Origin: a virus
Strand: one strand, 5' to 3'
Virus record (IMG/VR): IMGVR_UViG_3300031841_004047
Length of the DNA stretch: 64,000 nt
Part shown: positions 1-10,485 of the stretch, in pieces
Layout of the letters: every line of letters starts with the position of its first letter
Numbering within the stretch: position 1 is the first letter of the stretch
Program-made: the position numbers and the translations under genes
Notes under the pieces: model-generated
Seen by the model: the letters and a program-made list of their open reading frames with translations, nothing else
Database searches by the model: none
Told to the model about the DNA's origin: nothing

Positions 1-1
1 G

Positions 2-1516
2 AGTGGTTCTACAAGAATGTTTATTGATGGCACTCAAGTAGGCTCTACTGTAACTTCTGATACAAATAATTATAGTGTTTCTGCACCAATGCATATAGGA
101 TCTGATGGTGATCCAACTGATAATCAGAAGCTTAATGGTTATCTTAGTGATTTTAGAATAGTCAAAGGCACTGGATTATACACCAGCAACTTTACTCCAA
201 CAACTGAACGTCTTACTACTGTTTCAGGAACAGGATACTCTACTTCTTTGCTTACCTGCCACCTTCCATACATAGCTGATGGTTCTTCTAGCGCTCACTC
301 AATCACAGTGAACGGCGACACTTCAACAAAAGCATTCGGCCCATACGACTACACTGAATACTCAGAAAGCACTAACGGTGGGTCAGTGTATTTTGATGGG
401 AATGACTATTTAAGTATTGCTCATAGTACAGACTTAGATTTAGGGACAGGCAACTTTACCATTGAGGGATGGTGGAGATTTGACGACACCTCAAATCAAA
501 ATCTAGTTAGTAAATACGCAGGTGGCCAAGGGTTTGTTGTACAGTATCAATCAGGAAATTTGCGGCTGGTTTTAGGGCTTGGCGGTTCTGATGCAGTGTA
601 TTCATTTTCTTGGACGCCTGTAGCAGGAACGTGGTATCACGTTTGTATTTTGAGAGATGGAACTAATGGAAAAGCGTTTATTAATGGAACGCAAATTGGA
701 TCGACAACAACAGTTAGCACTTCAAATGTTGGGACTACAGGAACTCTACAAATTGGTTTAACTCACACGGTTTCAGAATATACTAGAGGGCATGTTTCAG
801 ATGTCCGTATTGTAAAAGGAACTGCCGTTTATACTGCAAACTTTACTCCGCCAACTGCTCCTCTTACTGCTATTACAAATACCTCATTACTTCTCAAAAG
901 CACAGACGCTTCTATCATAGATAAGTCACAAGGGAGTAATCTAAAACTTGTTGGAAACACCACTGGTTCAACAACTCAAGTTAAGTTTACCGGCAGTAAA
1001 TCAATATATGTACCGTCAGCAGGGGTGTTTGATGCCAATACTGCAAATTGTGTAAGAATTGATGAAGTGGTTCTTACTAATACTGAAAGTTTTACTTATG
1101 AGTTTTGGATGAAATTAAGTAGTACTACATATAATGCATCACCATATGGACATACAGATCAGAATAGACAGACACAATGGAATGAAGGTGGTGTTACTGG
1201 AAAAATAATGTTATATATGGACGGATACATACATCAAACGACTGGCTGTTATTCAGCAGCAGAAGCATCAGACTGGATGCATGTTGCCTATAGTTTTGAC
1301 CAACCTGCTGGAGGTAACAATTTTAAACTTTTTATAAATGGAACACAAAGAGTTGCCACATTCCTTGGAACATGGATTTATATAAACACTATAGGTGCTG
1401 GGTATGCGGGTTATAATGCACCGATTAATGGTTATCTACAAGACTTCAGAGTTACCAAAGGTTTAGCAAGATACACCTCAAACTTTACACCACCAACAGA
1501 ATCTCTAAAAGGATAA
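2..1516 (+). CDS. LamG/concanavalin-A-like repeat virion (fibre/baseplate-associated) protein, probably 5'-truncated by the window
   Basis: Three repeats of the LamG-type ending (GYLSDFRIVKGTGLYTSNFTP / GHVSDVRIVKGTAVYTANFTP / GYLQDFRVTKGLARYTSNFTP). Frame is open upstream of ATG 17 to the window edge. Confidence 0.75.
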   Translation, partial: SGSTRMFIDGTQVGSTVTSDTNNYSVSAPMHIGSDGDPTDNQKLNGYLSDFRIVKGTGLYTSNFTPTTERLTTVSGTGYSTSLLTCHLPYIADGSSSAHSITVNGDTSTKAFGPYDYTEYSESTNGGSVYFDGNDYLSIAHSTDLDLGTGNFTIEGWWRFDDTSNQNLVSKYAGGQGFVVQYQSGNLRLVLGLGGSDAVYSFSWTPVAGTWYHVCILRDGTNGKAFINGTQIGSTTTVSTSNVGTTGTLQIGLTHTVSEYTRGHVSDVRIVKGTAVYTANFTPPTAPLTAITNTSLLLKSTDASIIDKSQGSNLKLVGNTTGSTTQVKFTGSKSIYVPSAGVFDANTANCVRIDEVVLTNTESFTYEFWMKLSSTTYNASPYGHTDQNRQTQWNEGGVTGKIMLYMDGYIHQTTGCYSAAEASDWMHVAYSFDQPAGGNNFKLFINGTQRVATFLGTWIYINTIGAGYAGYNAPINGYLQDFRVTKGLARYTSNFTPPTESLKG

Positions 1517-1540
1517 TTAAAAAGTTTAAATGCTTTTCCT

Positions 1541-1548
1541 TATAAATA
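1541..1548 (+). promoter_or_regulatory. T4-type late promoter
   Basis: TATAAATA 27 nt before the gp13 start. Confidence 0.85.
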
Positions 1549-1575
1549 GTAGCAAATACTATTGAGGAAAAAAAC

Positions 1576-2331
1576 ATGGCTGCAGTTACATCACGAGATG
1601 GTTTAATAGAATATTGTCTAAGAAGACTAGGTGAACCAGTTATAGAAGTTAATGTCGATCCTGACCAACTCGAAGATAGAGTAGATGAAGCATTTGAATT
1701 CTTTCAAGAATTCCATTCAGATGCGACACTAAGAACTTATCATACTCATCGGGTTACAGCTACAGATGTATCTAACACATACATCGATATTCCTACTGAC
1801 ATTGACATAGTTTCAAGACTTTTTCCAATTTCGGGATCAATCAATAACAGTGCTGATATGTTTAGTGTTAAGTATCAAATGATGCTTAATGATATAGCGG
1901 ACTTACAAAATTTTATGGGTGATCTGGCTTACTACACGCAAATGCAGCAGTACCTTGCGACTATTGATATGAAATTAAACGGGCATCCACAAGTACAGTT
2001 TTCAAGACATCAGAGTAGACTCTATATTCATGGAGAATTTGGAAATAAAGATATACAAGCCGATGATTATATAGTGATGGAAGTTTATAGAATTATAAAC
2101 CCAGATACTTTCACTTCGGTTTACAATGATAAGTTTATAAAGCACTACACTACCGCATTATTTAAAAGACAATGGGGACAGAATTTAATTAAGTTTGAAG
2201 GAATGCAGCTCCCCGGCGGTGTTACATTAAACGGTAGACAGATTTATGAAGATGCTATGCAAGATATTCAGAATCTTGAAGAAAATATGAGACTTGAGCA
2301 CGAGATGCCACCAGACTTTTTCGTAGGATGA
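1576..2331 (+). CDS. gp13: Neck protein gp13
   Basis: LGEPVIEVNVD..QLEDR, ALFKRQWGQNLIKFEGMQLPGGVTLNGRQIY; position before gp14. Confidence 0.93.
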   Translation: MAAVTSRDGLIEYCLRRLGEPVIEVNVDPDQLEDRVDEAFEFFQEFHSDATLRTYHTHRVTATDVSNTYIDIPTDIDIVSRLFPISGSINNSADMFSVKYQMMLNDIADLQNFMGDLAYYTQMQQYLATIDMKLNGHPQVQFSRHQSRLYIHGEFGNKDIQADDYIVMEVYRIINPDTFTSVYNDKFIKHYTTALFKRQWGQNLIKFEGMQLPGGVTLNGRQIYEDAMQDIQNLEENMRLEHEMPPDFFVG

Positions 2332-2334
2332 TAG

Positions 2335-3321
2335 ATGGCCACTAGTTTACATTTTAGTCAAAAAGTTAAATCTGAGCAGAACCTTTATGAAGACATAGTC
2401 ATAGAGAGTCTGAAGATATATGGACAGGATGTGTACTATCTTCCTCGTACTTTAGTAAACGAAAATACAATCTTAGGTGAAGATATTCCATCAAAGTTTG
2501 GTTCAGCCTATAAGATTGAGATGTATATTGAAAACATTGATGGTTTTGACGGTGAAGGAGATCTATTTACTAGGTTCGGTGTTGAGATTAGAGATGCAGC
2601 TACCTTTGTAGTTTCAAGACGTAGATTTAAAATGGTAGTTAATCAGCTAGGATATGAAGTTGATTTAATGAGACCAGCCGAAGGCGATTTGATCTATTTA
2701 GCTCTAACTAATAAGTTATTTCAAATCATGCATGTCGAGCATGAACAACCCTTTTATCAATTAAGCAATTTGCCGGTATTTAAATTACGTTGTGAGTTGT
2801 TTGAATATAGTGAAGAAGATTTCGATACCGGTATCCAAGGAATTGATAGAGTTGAAAGAAACGCATACAAAACAAGCCTATTGCTTAATAATGTAAACGA
2901 CAGTGCTAGATCAATATTCCCGCAATTCTTTATTGGAGAAGAAGTTATACAAAGAAGATCAGATGGTATAACTATGAGGGGTGAAGTTTTAAGATATAAT
3001 CCAGAGACGGATATCCTAGATCTTATTCATGTTGGTGCCGACAGCGGTGACTACGCAATATTCCATATAACGAATGCCGGTGACCCAGACTCGTTCTACT
3101 CCACTTGGTTAATTAACGATAGAGTAGAAAGTCCTTTTGTTGGAGTTGGTCAAATCGATAGTGATGTAAGAAGAAGAATTCTTGCGATAGGAGATTCAAT
3201 ATCAGGTGGAACAGTTCAATCACAAAACGATACGTTTGATACAACTTCTAGCGCCATGAATGTTCTAAACTTCTTAGACTTCACTGAAAAGAACCCATTT
3301 GGTGATGCGGAGGATATATAA
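2335..3321 (+). CDS. gp14: Neck protein gp14
   Basis: EQNLYEDIVIESLKIYGQDVYYLPR, RPAEGDLIY, EHEQPFYQL; synteny. Confidence 0.92.
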   Translation: MATSLHFSQKVKSEQNLYEDIVIESLKIYGQDVYYLPRTLVNENTILGEDIPSKFGSAYKIEMYIENIDGFDGEGDLFTRFGVEIRDAATFVVSRRRFKMVVNQLGYEVDLMRPAEGDLIYLALTNKLFQIMHVEHEQPFYQLSNLPVFKLRCELFEYSEEDFDTGIQGIDRVERNAYKTSLLLNNVNDSARSIFPQFFIGEEVIQRRSDGITMRGEVLRYNPETDILDLIHVGADSGDYAIFHITNAGDPDSFYSTWLINDRVESPFVGVGQIDSDVRRRILAIGDSISGGTVQSQNDTFDTTSSAMNVLNFLDFTEKNPFGDAEDI

Positions 3322-4181
3322 TGTTTGAATACTTCTATCATCAAAGAATAAAGAAGTCTGTCGCGGTTTTCGGTACAATATTTAATAACATATACGTTAT
3401 TAGAAAAAATTCTTCTGGTAATGTTCTAAGCCAAGTAAAAGTTCCTTTAGCATATGCTCCAAGAGAAAAGTATCTCGAGCGTATAAGAACAAATCCTGAT
3501 TTAAGAAACGATAGCACAGTTGCTCTAAAGCTACCGAGAATGTCGTTTGAAATAACTTCGTTTCAGTATGATACTACCAGAAAACTTCCAAAGTTAAATA
3601 GCTTTAATAGAGATTTATCAACTAGTAATAATCAAAGATATAAGATATATCAACCGGTTCCATACGTTATTTCATTTCAATTAAACATATATGCTAAGAA
3701 TCAAGATGATGCTTTACAGATAGTTGAGCAGATTATACCATACTTCAACCCACAATATTCTGTTACTATCAGGCCGGTTGAAGAAGATCAATCAATTAAG
3801 GAAGACGTTCCTATTACAATTCAGGCTTTGTCTTTCAGTGATGATTTTGATGGAAATATGGAAAACAGAAGAACTATAATTTATACACTAGATTTTGTTA
3901 TGACTACTAACTTCTATGGTCCAATGTATAAGTCAGATATAATTCGTAAAACAACTACTAACATTCATGAATTAATAGATCAATCTACTACTACTGATCC
4001 TATATATCAAAGACATACCACGACTCCTAATCCTGAGGATGCGAGCCCTGAAGATGATTATGGATTTACCACTATAATAGAAGAAGACTTCAGTGAGTAT
4101 GGAGCTGATGCTCTTTATGTAGAAACTGGTTATGTAAGAAAAGAAAACGATGAAACTTACATCGAAACAAACGGAGAATAA
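3321..4181 (+). CDS. gp15: Tail sheath stabiliser/terminator gp15
   Basis: YFYHQRIKKSVAVFGTIFNNI, VPLAYAPREK, LPRMSFE, QIVEQIIPYFNP; synteny. Confidence 0.92.
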   Translation: MFEYFYHQRIKKSVAVFGTIFNNIYVIRKNSSGNVLSQVKVPLAYAPREKYLERIRTNPDLRNDSTVALKLPRMSFEITSFQYDTTRKLPKLNSFNRDLSTSNNQRYKIYQPVPYVISFQLNIYAKNQDDALQIVEQIIPYFNPQYSVTIRPVEEDQSIKEDVPITIQALSFSDDFDGNMENRRTIIYTLDFVMTTNFYGPMYKSDIIRKTTTNIHELIDQSTTTDPIYQRHTTTPNPEDASPEDDYGFTTIIEEDFSEYGADALYVETGYVRKENDETYIETNGE

Positions 4182-4183
4182 AA

Positions 4184-6670
4184 ATGCCTATCGTATTAAG
4201 AAGCAGTAAGAATGCGGCGTTGACATTTGCTGAGATGGATGGCAATTTTACTGATTTAAATATAAGAATAAACACAAAGTTGGATTCCACTGGAGTAACT
4301 TCATTAATTAACTCGAGTTATATAGAAACAATAGTTGATTCAAGCTATGTGCAATTACGTCAAAGCATGACTGGAAGCTATCAAAACTCTGATGTAGATG
4401 CTCATTTAAATACTAATACCGCTTCTTCGGGACATATTTTAAAATGGAACGGACTGGATTATATCTGGGATAGTGACCTTGGCGGGGATCTTTCGGTTTC
4501 TACTATGGGTGCAAGTGGTGGAGGAGCTCTATCTTTTGACAATTCTACCGGAATCTTTACTTATAGACCAGCGGATTTGAGTGGATACGTACAGATAGGA
4601 TCTGAAACAAGTACTTTAAATGATGTTATACAAAGAGGTCATACTACTACCACGACTGCAGTAATACCTTTCTTATATTCCAATCAAGGATCATTCCCCA
4701 ACGCTTCAACTTATCATGGTGCTATGGCACACAGCGATGCTGATGGAGCGATGTACTTTGCTCATGCTGGAGCGTGGCATAAATTAGCAAATGATTCGGA
4801 TTTAAACGGAAATATAGATGCGCACTTAAACGTAAGCGGTGCTTCTTCAGGTCAAGTTTTAAGCTGGAACGGTACAGATTACGCTTGGGTTGCTGATCAA
4901 ACTGGAAGTGGTGGAGCAGAAACAGATCCAATTGTTGGTGCTATTAACGGTATTGTAAAAGCAGATGGCGCAGGAAATATTTCAGCAGCAGTGGCAGGAA
5001 CGGATTATAGCACATTCGACGGTGATTACAATAGTTTAACTAATAAGCCAACAATTCCTACAGCATATACTGATAGTGACGTTGATGCGCACTTAAACGT
5101 AAGCGGTGCTGCTTCAGGTCAAGTTTTAAGCTGGAACGGTACAGATTACGCTTGGGTTGCTGATCAAACTGGAAGTGGTGGAGGAGGACTAGATTCTGCC
5201 GGTGTAGCTTCTTATTTAAGTGGTAACTGGGATTTCCATCTTCTACCTGAAACCAATGCTACCTATGATATAGGTAGTGCAGAATATAAAGTCAGACATT
5301 TATATTTAAGTAATAATAGTTTATTCTTTGATTCTGGTCAGACAAGTATCGGTTTTGAATCTGTAGGAACAAGCAAAAATCTTAAGTTTAATAATAATAT
5401 AGTAAAAGAAGCATCTCATGTTGAAGAAGCAGGCGGACCAGCTGATTCAGAATACAACAATGGTGCATTGATTGCCGAAAACAATGGTACAGTGTTTAAC
5501 AGAGCCCTAACTATAAACGGATTGAAACTGGTTGTTGCAGGAGCAGTAGGCGGACAACTAGCAGTACCAGATGAATGGGCATTAAAAACAGCAAGAACAT
5601 TTGAATTAATGACTGATTCTAACGGTGCTGGCATTAACACTACACATCAACGCAATTTTCTTAAAACACTAAAAGGTGACGCTGGAACAAAACACGCAGG
5701 AATACCTACAGTACAAAGAGTTGGCTATGGTGGCGGCAGTACATACACACCTAACTGGTTAGAAGATTCCGGCATACCAAGCTATGCAGGACTACAAGCA
5801 TTCAATGCAAGTGTTGCTCAAAAGGATATGGTATGGTATAGAAATATATCAGGGCCAAACCCGCCAACACAGCGTGGAGATATCGAAGAAATATTCGAAC
5901 ACATATTCCACACCATACACGCATTTGGTATTCCGGGTGCAGTGCCTGGTAGTGCAGACGCAGTAGAAATGAATCCAGATATTAGAATTGGTAATGAACC
6001 AAGTTTCGATTGGCAAAACACAGCATTACATCTTGCTATGAAAGAAGCAATTGATGCAGGATTATATGATCCAAGTGGTTATGCTACTGATTGGAATACA
6101 GATCCAGAGAAAGCGGCAGTGGCATACACAGAATACACTTACTTGGTAAACTGGTCAATGTGGGATATGAGTGTATACTGGGACGGCGGATCCCTTAGTC
6201 CTGAATGGGATGATAGTTTAAAGACACCAGCAGGTATGTTGGCAAATAACCCATTAGGTCATGCATTGTTCAATACATACTTTGCTCCAGTGTTAAGCAA
6301 ACCAAATTTTACCACAATAGAAAGTATCTTTGGCGAAAATGACACAGGCGTGTCAGGATATGTTGCTGATGTATTAGTAGGTGGACCAGTTGATATAAGT
6401 AAAACAAATCATTTTGTTACTACAGGAACTACATATGACCTTCCAAATGGAGAGTATGTAGGACAAGAATTAAAATTCTGGCATAAAACACAAGGCGTAA
6501 CAAACACAGTTCGAGTGAATGTGCTTAATGCAAAATGGAGAAATGGTGTTGGAGTATTAAGTATTATTCCTAATATGTTATGGGATCAGGATAAAGAAAA
6601 TACTGCATGCTACAGCTGCATCTGGGATGGTGAAGCTTGGATTATTGGAGAAGGTTCATTAGGAGCATAA
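4184..6670 (+). CDS. Large mosaic virion/fibre-like protein with internal repeats
   Basis: Gly/Ser/Thr-rich; N-terminal LTFAEMDGNF motif of phage fibre proteins; repeated DAHLN..A.SGQVLSWNGTDYAW units; sits between gp15 and gp16. Confidence 0.6.
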   Translation: MPIVLRSSKNAALTFAEMDGNFTDLNIRINTKLDSTGVTSLINSSYIETIVDSSYVQLRQSMTGSYQNSDVDAHLNTNTASSGHILKWNGLDYIWDSDLGGDLSVSTMGASGGGALSFDNSTGIFTYRPADLSGYVQIGSETSTLNDVIQRGHTTTTTAVIPFLYSNQGSFPNASTYHGAMAHSDADGAMYFAHAGAWHKLANDSDLNGNIDAHLNVSGASSGQVLSWNGTDYAWVADQTGSGGAETDPIVGAINGIVKADGAGNISAAVAGTDYSTFDGDYNSLTNKPTIPTAYTDSDVDAHLNVSGAASGQVLSWNGTDYAWVADQTGSGGGGLDSAGVASYLSGNWDFHLLPETNATYDIGSAEYKVRHLYLSNNSLFFDSGQTSIGFESVGTSKNLKFNNNIVKEASHVEEAGGPADSEYNNGALIAENNGTVFNRALTINGLKLVVAGAVGGQLAVPDEWALKTARTFELMTDSNGAGINTTHQRNFLKTLKGDAGTKHAGIPTVQRVGYGGGSTYTPNWLEDSGIPSYAGLQAFNASVAQKDMVWYRNISGPNPPTQRGDIEEIFEHIFHTIHAFGIPGAVPGSADAVEMNPDIRIGNEPSFDWQNTALHLAMKEAIDAGLYDPSGYATDWNTDPEKAAVAYTEYTYLVNWSMWDMSVYWDGGSLSPEWDDSLKTPAGMLANNPLGHALFNTYFAPVLSKPNFTTIESIFGENDTGVSGYVADVLVGGPVDISKTNHFVTTGTTYDLPNGEYVGQELKFWHKTQGVTNTVRVNVLNAKWRNGVGVLSIIPNMLWDQDKENTACYSCIWDGEAWIIGEGSLGA
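4817..5183 (+). repeat. 100-bp direct repeat (4817-4916 and 5084-5183) inside the CDS
   Basis: GATGCGCACTTAAACGTAAGCGGTGCT...ACTGGAAGTGGTGGAG twice, one mismatch (TCT/GCT). Confidence 0.95.
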
Positions 6671-6671
6671 A

Positions 6672-7040
6672 GTGAGTGAAGATAGAGTAGATGATGACTT
6701 TGAATATTCAAGAAGAACTTATTATGATCTAATAGAAAAAGGTCAGGGTGCTCTTGAAGAGATGATGGAAGTCGCTAAGCAACTGGAACATCCCAGAGCA
6801 TTTGAAGTTGTGTCTGGGATGATTAAGAATATATCGGACGTGAACGACAGACTTATGGATCTCCATAAGAAAAAGAAAGATTACTTGAAGAAAGATCAGC
6901 CTAAGCAAGTTGAAGGAACCACGAATAACAACTTATTCGTAGGTTCAACCACTGAGCTTCAAAGAATGCTTCAAGATATGAACAAAAACCATGACAATGT
7001 AATTGATATTACAGATAGACTAGAAGATGATGCAAAATGA
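6672..7040 (+). CDS. gp16: Terminase small subunit gp16
   Basis: EHPRAFEV, NNNLFVGSTTELQRML; directly before gp17. Confidence 0.9.
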   Translation: MSEDRVDDDFEYSRRTYYDLIEKGQGALEEMMEVAKQLEHPRAFEVVSGMIKNISDVNDRLMDLHKKKKDYLKKDQPKQVEGTTNNNLFVGSTTELQRMLQDMNKNHDNVIDITDRLEDDAK

Positions 7041-8613
7041 ATCATATCTCGGTAATCCTAACGTAAAAAGAGACGGTGTAGTTCAGCAGTGGACACCCAG
7101 TGAAATACAAGAGTATGCTAGGTGTATGAACGATCCATCATATTTTGCGAAGAAATACTGTAAGATCATCTCACTTGATGAGGGTCTTGTCGACTTTGAT
7201 CTGTATCCGTATCAGGAAAAAATGTTTACTGCATTTAACGCAAATAGATTTAATATTGTTCTAGCTTGTAGACAATCCGGAAAATCAATCTCTTCAGTAG
7301 CATATCTACTTTGGTTTGCAATATTCCATTCAGAAAAAATAGTTGCGGTCATGGCCAACAAAGGAGCAACAGCTCGTGAAATGTTGGGTAGAGTAACTCT
7401 TATGCTTGAGAATCTTCCTTTCTTTCTGCAGCCCGGTTGCAAAGCACTTAACAAAGGTTCGATAGAATTCAGTAATAATTCAAGAATCGTAGCGGCAGCA
7501 ACGTCCGGTTCTTCAATTCGTGGTATGTCTGTTAGCTTACTATACTTAGACGAGTTTGCCTTTGTCGAAAGAGCAAATGAGTTTTATACATCAACGTATC
7601 CGGTTGTTTCATCTGGTAAAGACACAAAGGTTATTATTACTTCAACGGCGAACGGTATCGGTAATGTTTTTCATAAGATATGGGAGGGTGCTACTCAAGG
7701 AGTCAATGAGTACAAACCGTTTAGAGTCGACTGGTGGGATGTTCCCGGAAGAGATGAAGCATGGAAGAATCAAACCATTGCTAATACTTCTCAATTGCAG
7801 TTCGATCAAGAATTTGGAAACACCTTCTTTGGAACAGGAGATACACTCATTGGAGCCGAGACTCTTTTATCTTTAAGGAGAAAAGATCCTTCTAAAGTTA
7901 CGAGCGAAGGAGTTAAGATATACGAAGTTCCTAAGAAAAATCATACTTATATAATGACTGTGGATGTTGCGAAGGGAAGAGGACAGGACTATTCTACTTT
8001 CAATTTACTCGATGTGACGGCTAATCCGTTTAAACAGGTTGCAGTCTATCGCAACAACACTATATCTCCATTACTCTTCCCAAATATTATTTATAAATTT
8101 GCGACTTCCTACAATGAAGCTATGGTAGTAATAGAATCAAATGATGCTGGTCAGGTAGTTTGTAATGGTCTTTATCATGATCTCGAGTATGAAAATATGT
8201 TTGTTGAGTCTACTGTAAAGGCTAATGCGCTTGGTATACTTATGACTAGAAAAGTAAAAAGAATTGGTTGTTCATCATTCAAAGATCTTATTGAGAATCA
8301 AAAGATTGAGGTGGTGGATGAAGACACTATTCTTGAAATATCAACTTTTGTTGCTAGAGGTACATCATACGAAGCTTCCGAAGGAAATCATGATGATCTA
8401 GTAATGAACTTGATACTCTTTGGTTACTTCGTAGGAACCAACTACTTCAATGAGTTGACGGACATTGATATTAAGCAACTAATGTTCGAGAATAGAATGA
8501 AGGAGATAGAGGAAGACATTCTACCCTTTGGGTTCATAGATAACGGTTTGGATGATATACCTCGTCATCCAGAAAATGACGGATGGGCTATAGAGTATGA
8601 TCCAAACTTCTAA
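7027..8613 (+). CDS. gp17: Terminase large subunit gp17
   Basis: YLGNPNVK, ACRQSGKS (Walker A), LLYLDEFAF (Walker B), TVDVAKGRGQDYS nuclease, HDDLVM. Confidence 0.97.
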   Translation: MMQNESYLGNPNVKRDGVVQQWTPSEIQEYARCMNDPSYFAKKYCKIISLDEGLVDFDLYPYQEKMFTAFNANRFNIVLACRQSGKSISSVAYLLWFAIFHSEKIVAVMANKGATAREMLGRVTLMLENLPFFLQPGCKALNKGSIEFSNNSRIVAAATSGSSIRGMSVSLLYLDEFAFVERANEFYTSTYPVVSSGKDTKVIITSTANGIGNVFHKIWEGATQGVNEYKPFRVDWWDVPGRDEAWKNQTIANTSQLQFDQEFGNTFFGTGDTLIGAETLLSLRRKDPSKVTSEGVKIYEVPKKNHTYIMTVDVAKGRGQDYSTFNLLDVTANPFKQVAVYRNNTISPLLFPNIIYKFATSYNEAMVVIESNDAGQVVCNGLYHDLEYENMFVESTVKANALGILMTRKVKRIGCSSFKDLIENQKIEVVDEDTILEISTFVARGTSYEASEGNHDDLVMNLILFGYFVGTNYFNELTDIDIKQLMFENRMKEIEEDILPFGFIDNGLDDIPRHPENDGWAIEYDPNF

Positions 8614-8624
8614 ATCTATGTTTA

Positions 8625-8632
8625 TATAAATA
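8625..8632 (+). promoter_or_regulatory. T4-type late promoter for gp18
   Basis: TATAAATA in the gp17-gp18 intergenic region. Confidence 0.85.
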
Positions 8633-8690
8633 TAGTTAATTGAAGATAACCGTATTATGAACATCTTATAATTAAAAAAAGGAAAGAGAC

Positions 8691-10472
8691 ATGGCTTTAT
8701 TCGCACCATCAGAGTCTCCGGCAGTAATAGTAAAAGAAATTGACCTCACTAACGCCGTTCCCAATGTTCAATCATCTACAGGAGCATTCGCGGGAGCTTT
8801 TCGTTGGGGACCAGTCGAAGAGCCGAGACTCATAACAAGCGAAGCGGGACTAGTAGAAACTTTCGGTTCTCCAAAAGGTGTTGGGACCGAAGAAACAGAA
8901 TCAAATCAGGCTATTACCTATGATTTTCATACCGCTTCATACTTTTTAAAATATTCAAACGCAATGCAAGTAGTAAGATCTTCTGGCGACTCGATGATAA
9001 ATGCTGGAGTAGATGGACAGACTCATTTAATTAAAAATAAAGAAGCTTTTGATGCTTGGTCTCCCATTCAAGGAAAGAGTTGGTTAGCCAGATATCCCGG
9101 AAAACTAGGAAACTCAATAGCCGTTCATATGATGGCTTCAGAGTCTGATGGTATCGATGCATCCGAGTTTTCATCTTGGACGTATGCTACTCACTTCAAC
9201 AGCAAACCTGGTACTTCGGCTTACGTGGCTCAAGAAGGCGGTCTACATGACGAAATGCATGTTGCTGTCGTTGATTCAGACGGTCTTATCACCGGAACTA
9301 AGGGTTCTATTCTTGAAACATACTCATATGTTTCGAAAGCCGGAGATGCTAGAAACGCCGACGGTACGACTAACTACATAAAAGACGTAATCAACAATAA
9401 GTCAAACTACGTTTATCTAGGAAACGTGGCTTCTTTAGGTTCCGTAAATGCTGATCCAGTTACAGGATTCGGTCCGGCCGTAGGTAAAACAACTGCTGAA
9501 CATAAAGACTTTTCAAACCAGTCTGGAACTCAAGAAGTTCAGGTACAAAGACTGAGCGGTGGTCTAGACGGAAATGCTCCAAGCTTAGCACAGTATCAAA
9601 ATGGATTTAATCAGTTTGCTGATGTAGACACGATAGAAGTTGATTTCTTGATGAGTCCGGGAATGTCTAGTAGAACAAATCAAACGACTATAACCAACCA
9701 TCTAACATCCATCGCTACTTCTAGAAAAGACTGTGTTGCTGTAAGTTCTCCAGCAAGGAGTGATGTAGTAGGTAATATCGGCGGTGAAACTACGGATGCT
9801 GTATCAACGGCTGATACGTTCACTAATTCAAGTTACTTGATCGTGGATAACAACTATCTTAAAATATACGATAAGTATAACGATAAATTCATTCATATTC
9901 CTGCAGCTTCTTCAACCGCTGGTCTTATGGCTGCTACAGACAGAAACTCAGCCCCTTGGTTCTCACCGGCTGGTCCAAGAAGAGGAGCGTATCTTGGCAT
10001 AACCGGTCTAGCTTATAATCCTACAAAGGGTGAAAGAGATACACTCTATAAGGCAGGTGTAAACCCGATCGCTAATATTCCAGGTCAAGGTCTGCTTCTA
10101 TACGGTGACAAAACTCACCAAAATAGAGCATCGGCGTTTGACAGAATCAACGTACGCAGATTGTTCTTGGTGCTTGAAAGAGCTATCGCAAGAGCAGCAC
10201 AAAATGTAATGTTTGAGTTCAATGATGAGTTTACAAGAGCTGAATTCGTCGGTATCATTGAACCAGTATTGAGGAACGTACAGGGTCGAAGAGGTATTAC
10301 AGACTTTAAACTGGTATGTGACGAAACCAATAACGGTCCAGAAATCGTTGATGCCAATCAATTCGTAGCGAATATCTTCATCAAACCTGCTCGTTCAATC
10401 AACTTCATTACTCTTAATTTTGTTGCTGTACGGTCAGGCGTTGCCTTTGAAGAAGTCGTTGGCACGGTATAA
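8691..10472 (+). CDS. gp18: Tail sheath protein gp18
   Basis: SPAVIVKEIDLT, FRWGPVEE, PWFSPAGPRRG, SAFDRINVRRLF, KPARSINFITLNFVA. Confidence 0.97.
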   Translation: MALFAPSESPAVIVKEIDLTNAVPNVQSSTGAFAGAFRWGPVEEPRLITSEAGLVETFGSPKGVGTEETESNQAITYDFHTASYFLKYSNAMQVVRSSGDSMINAGVDGQTHLIKNKEAFDAWSPIQGKSWLARYPGKLGNSIAVHMMASESDGIDASEFSSWTYATHFNSKPGTSAYVAQEGGLHDEMHVAVVDSDGLITGTKGSILETYSYVSKAGDARNADGTTNYIKDVINNKSNYVYLGNVASLGSVNADPVTGFGPAVGKTTAEHKDFSNQSGTQEVQVQRLSGGLDGNAPSLAQYQNGFNQFADVDTIEVDFLMSPGMSSRTNQTTITNHLTSIATSRKDCVAVSSPARSDVVGNIGGETTDAVSTADTFTNSSYLIVDNNYLKIYDKYNDKFIHIPAASSTAGLMAATDRNSAPWFSPAGPRRGAYLGITGLAYNPTKGERDTLYKAGVNPIANIPGQGLLLYGDKTHQNRASAFDRINVRRLFLVLERAIARAAQNVMFEFNDEFTRAEFVGIIEPVLRNVQGRRGITDFKLVCDETNNGPEIVDANQFVANIFIKPARSINFITLNFVAVRSGVAFEEVVGTV

Positions 10473-10485
10473 CTAGGAGAAGAAA

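Noticed and set aside
4817-5183. Repeat as a CRISPR, DGR template or IS end
   Set aside because: Only two in-frame copies inside a CDS; no adenine-specific variation, reverse transcriptase or transposase nearby.
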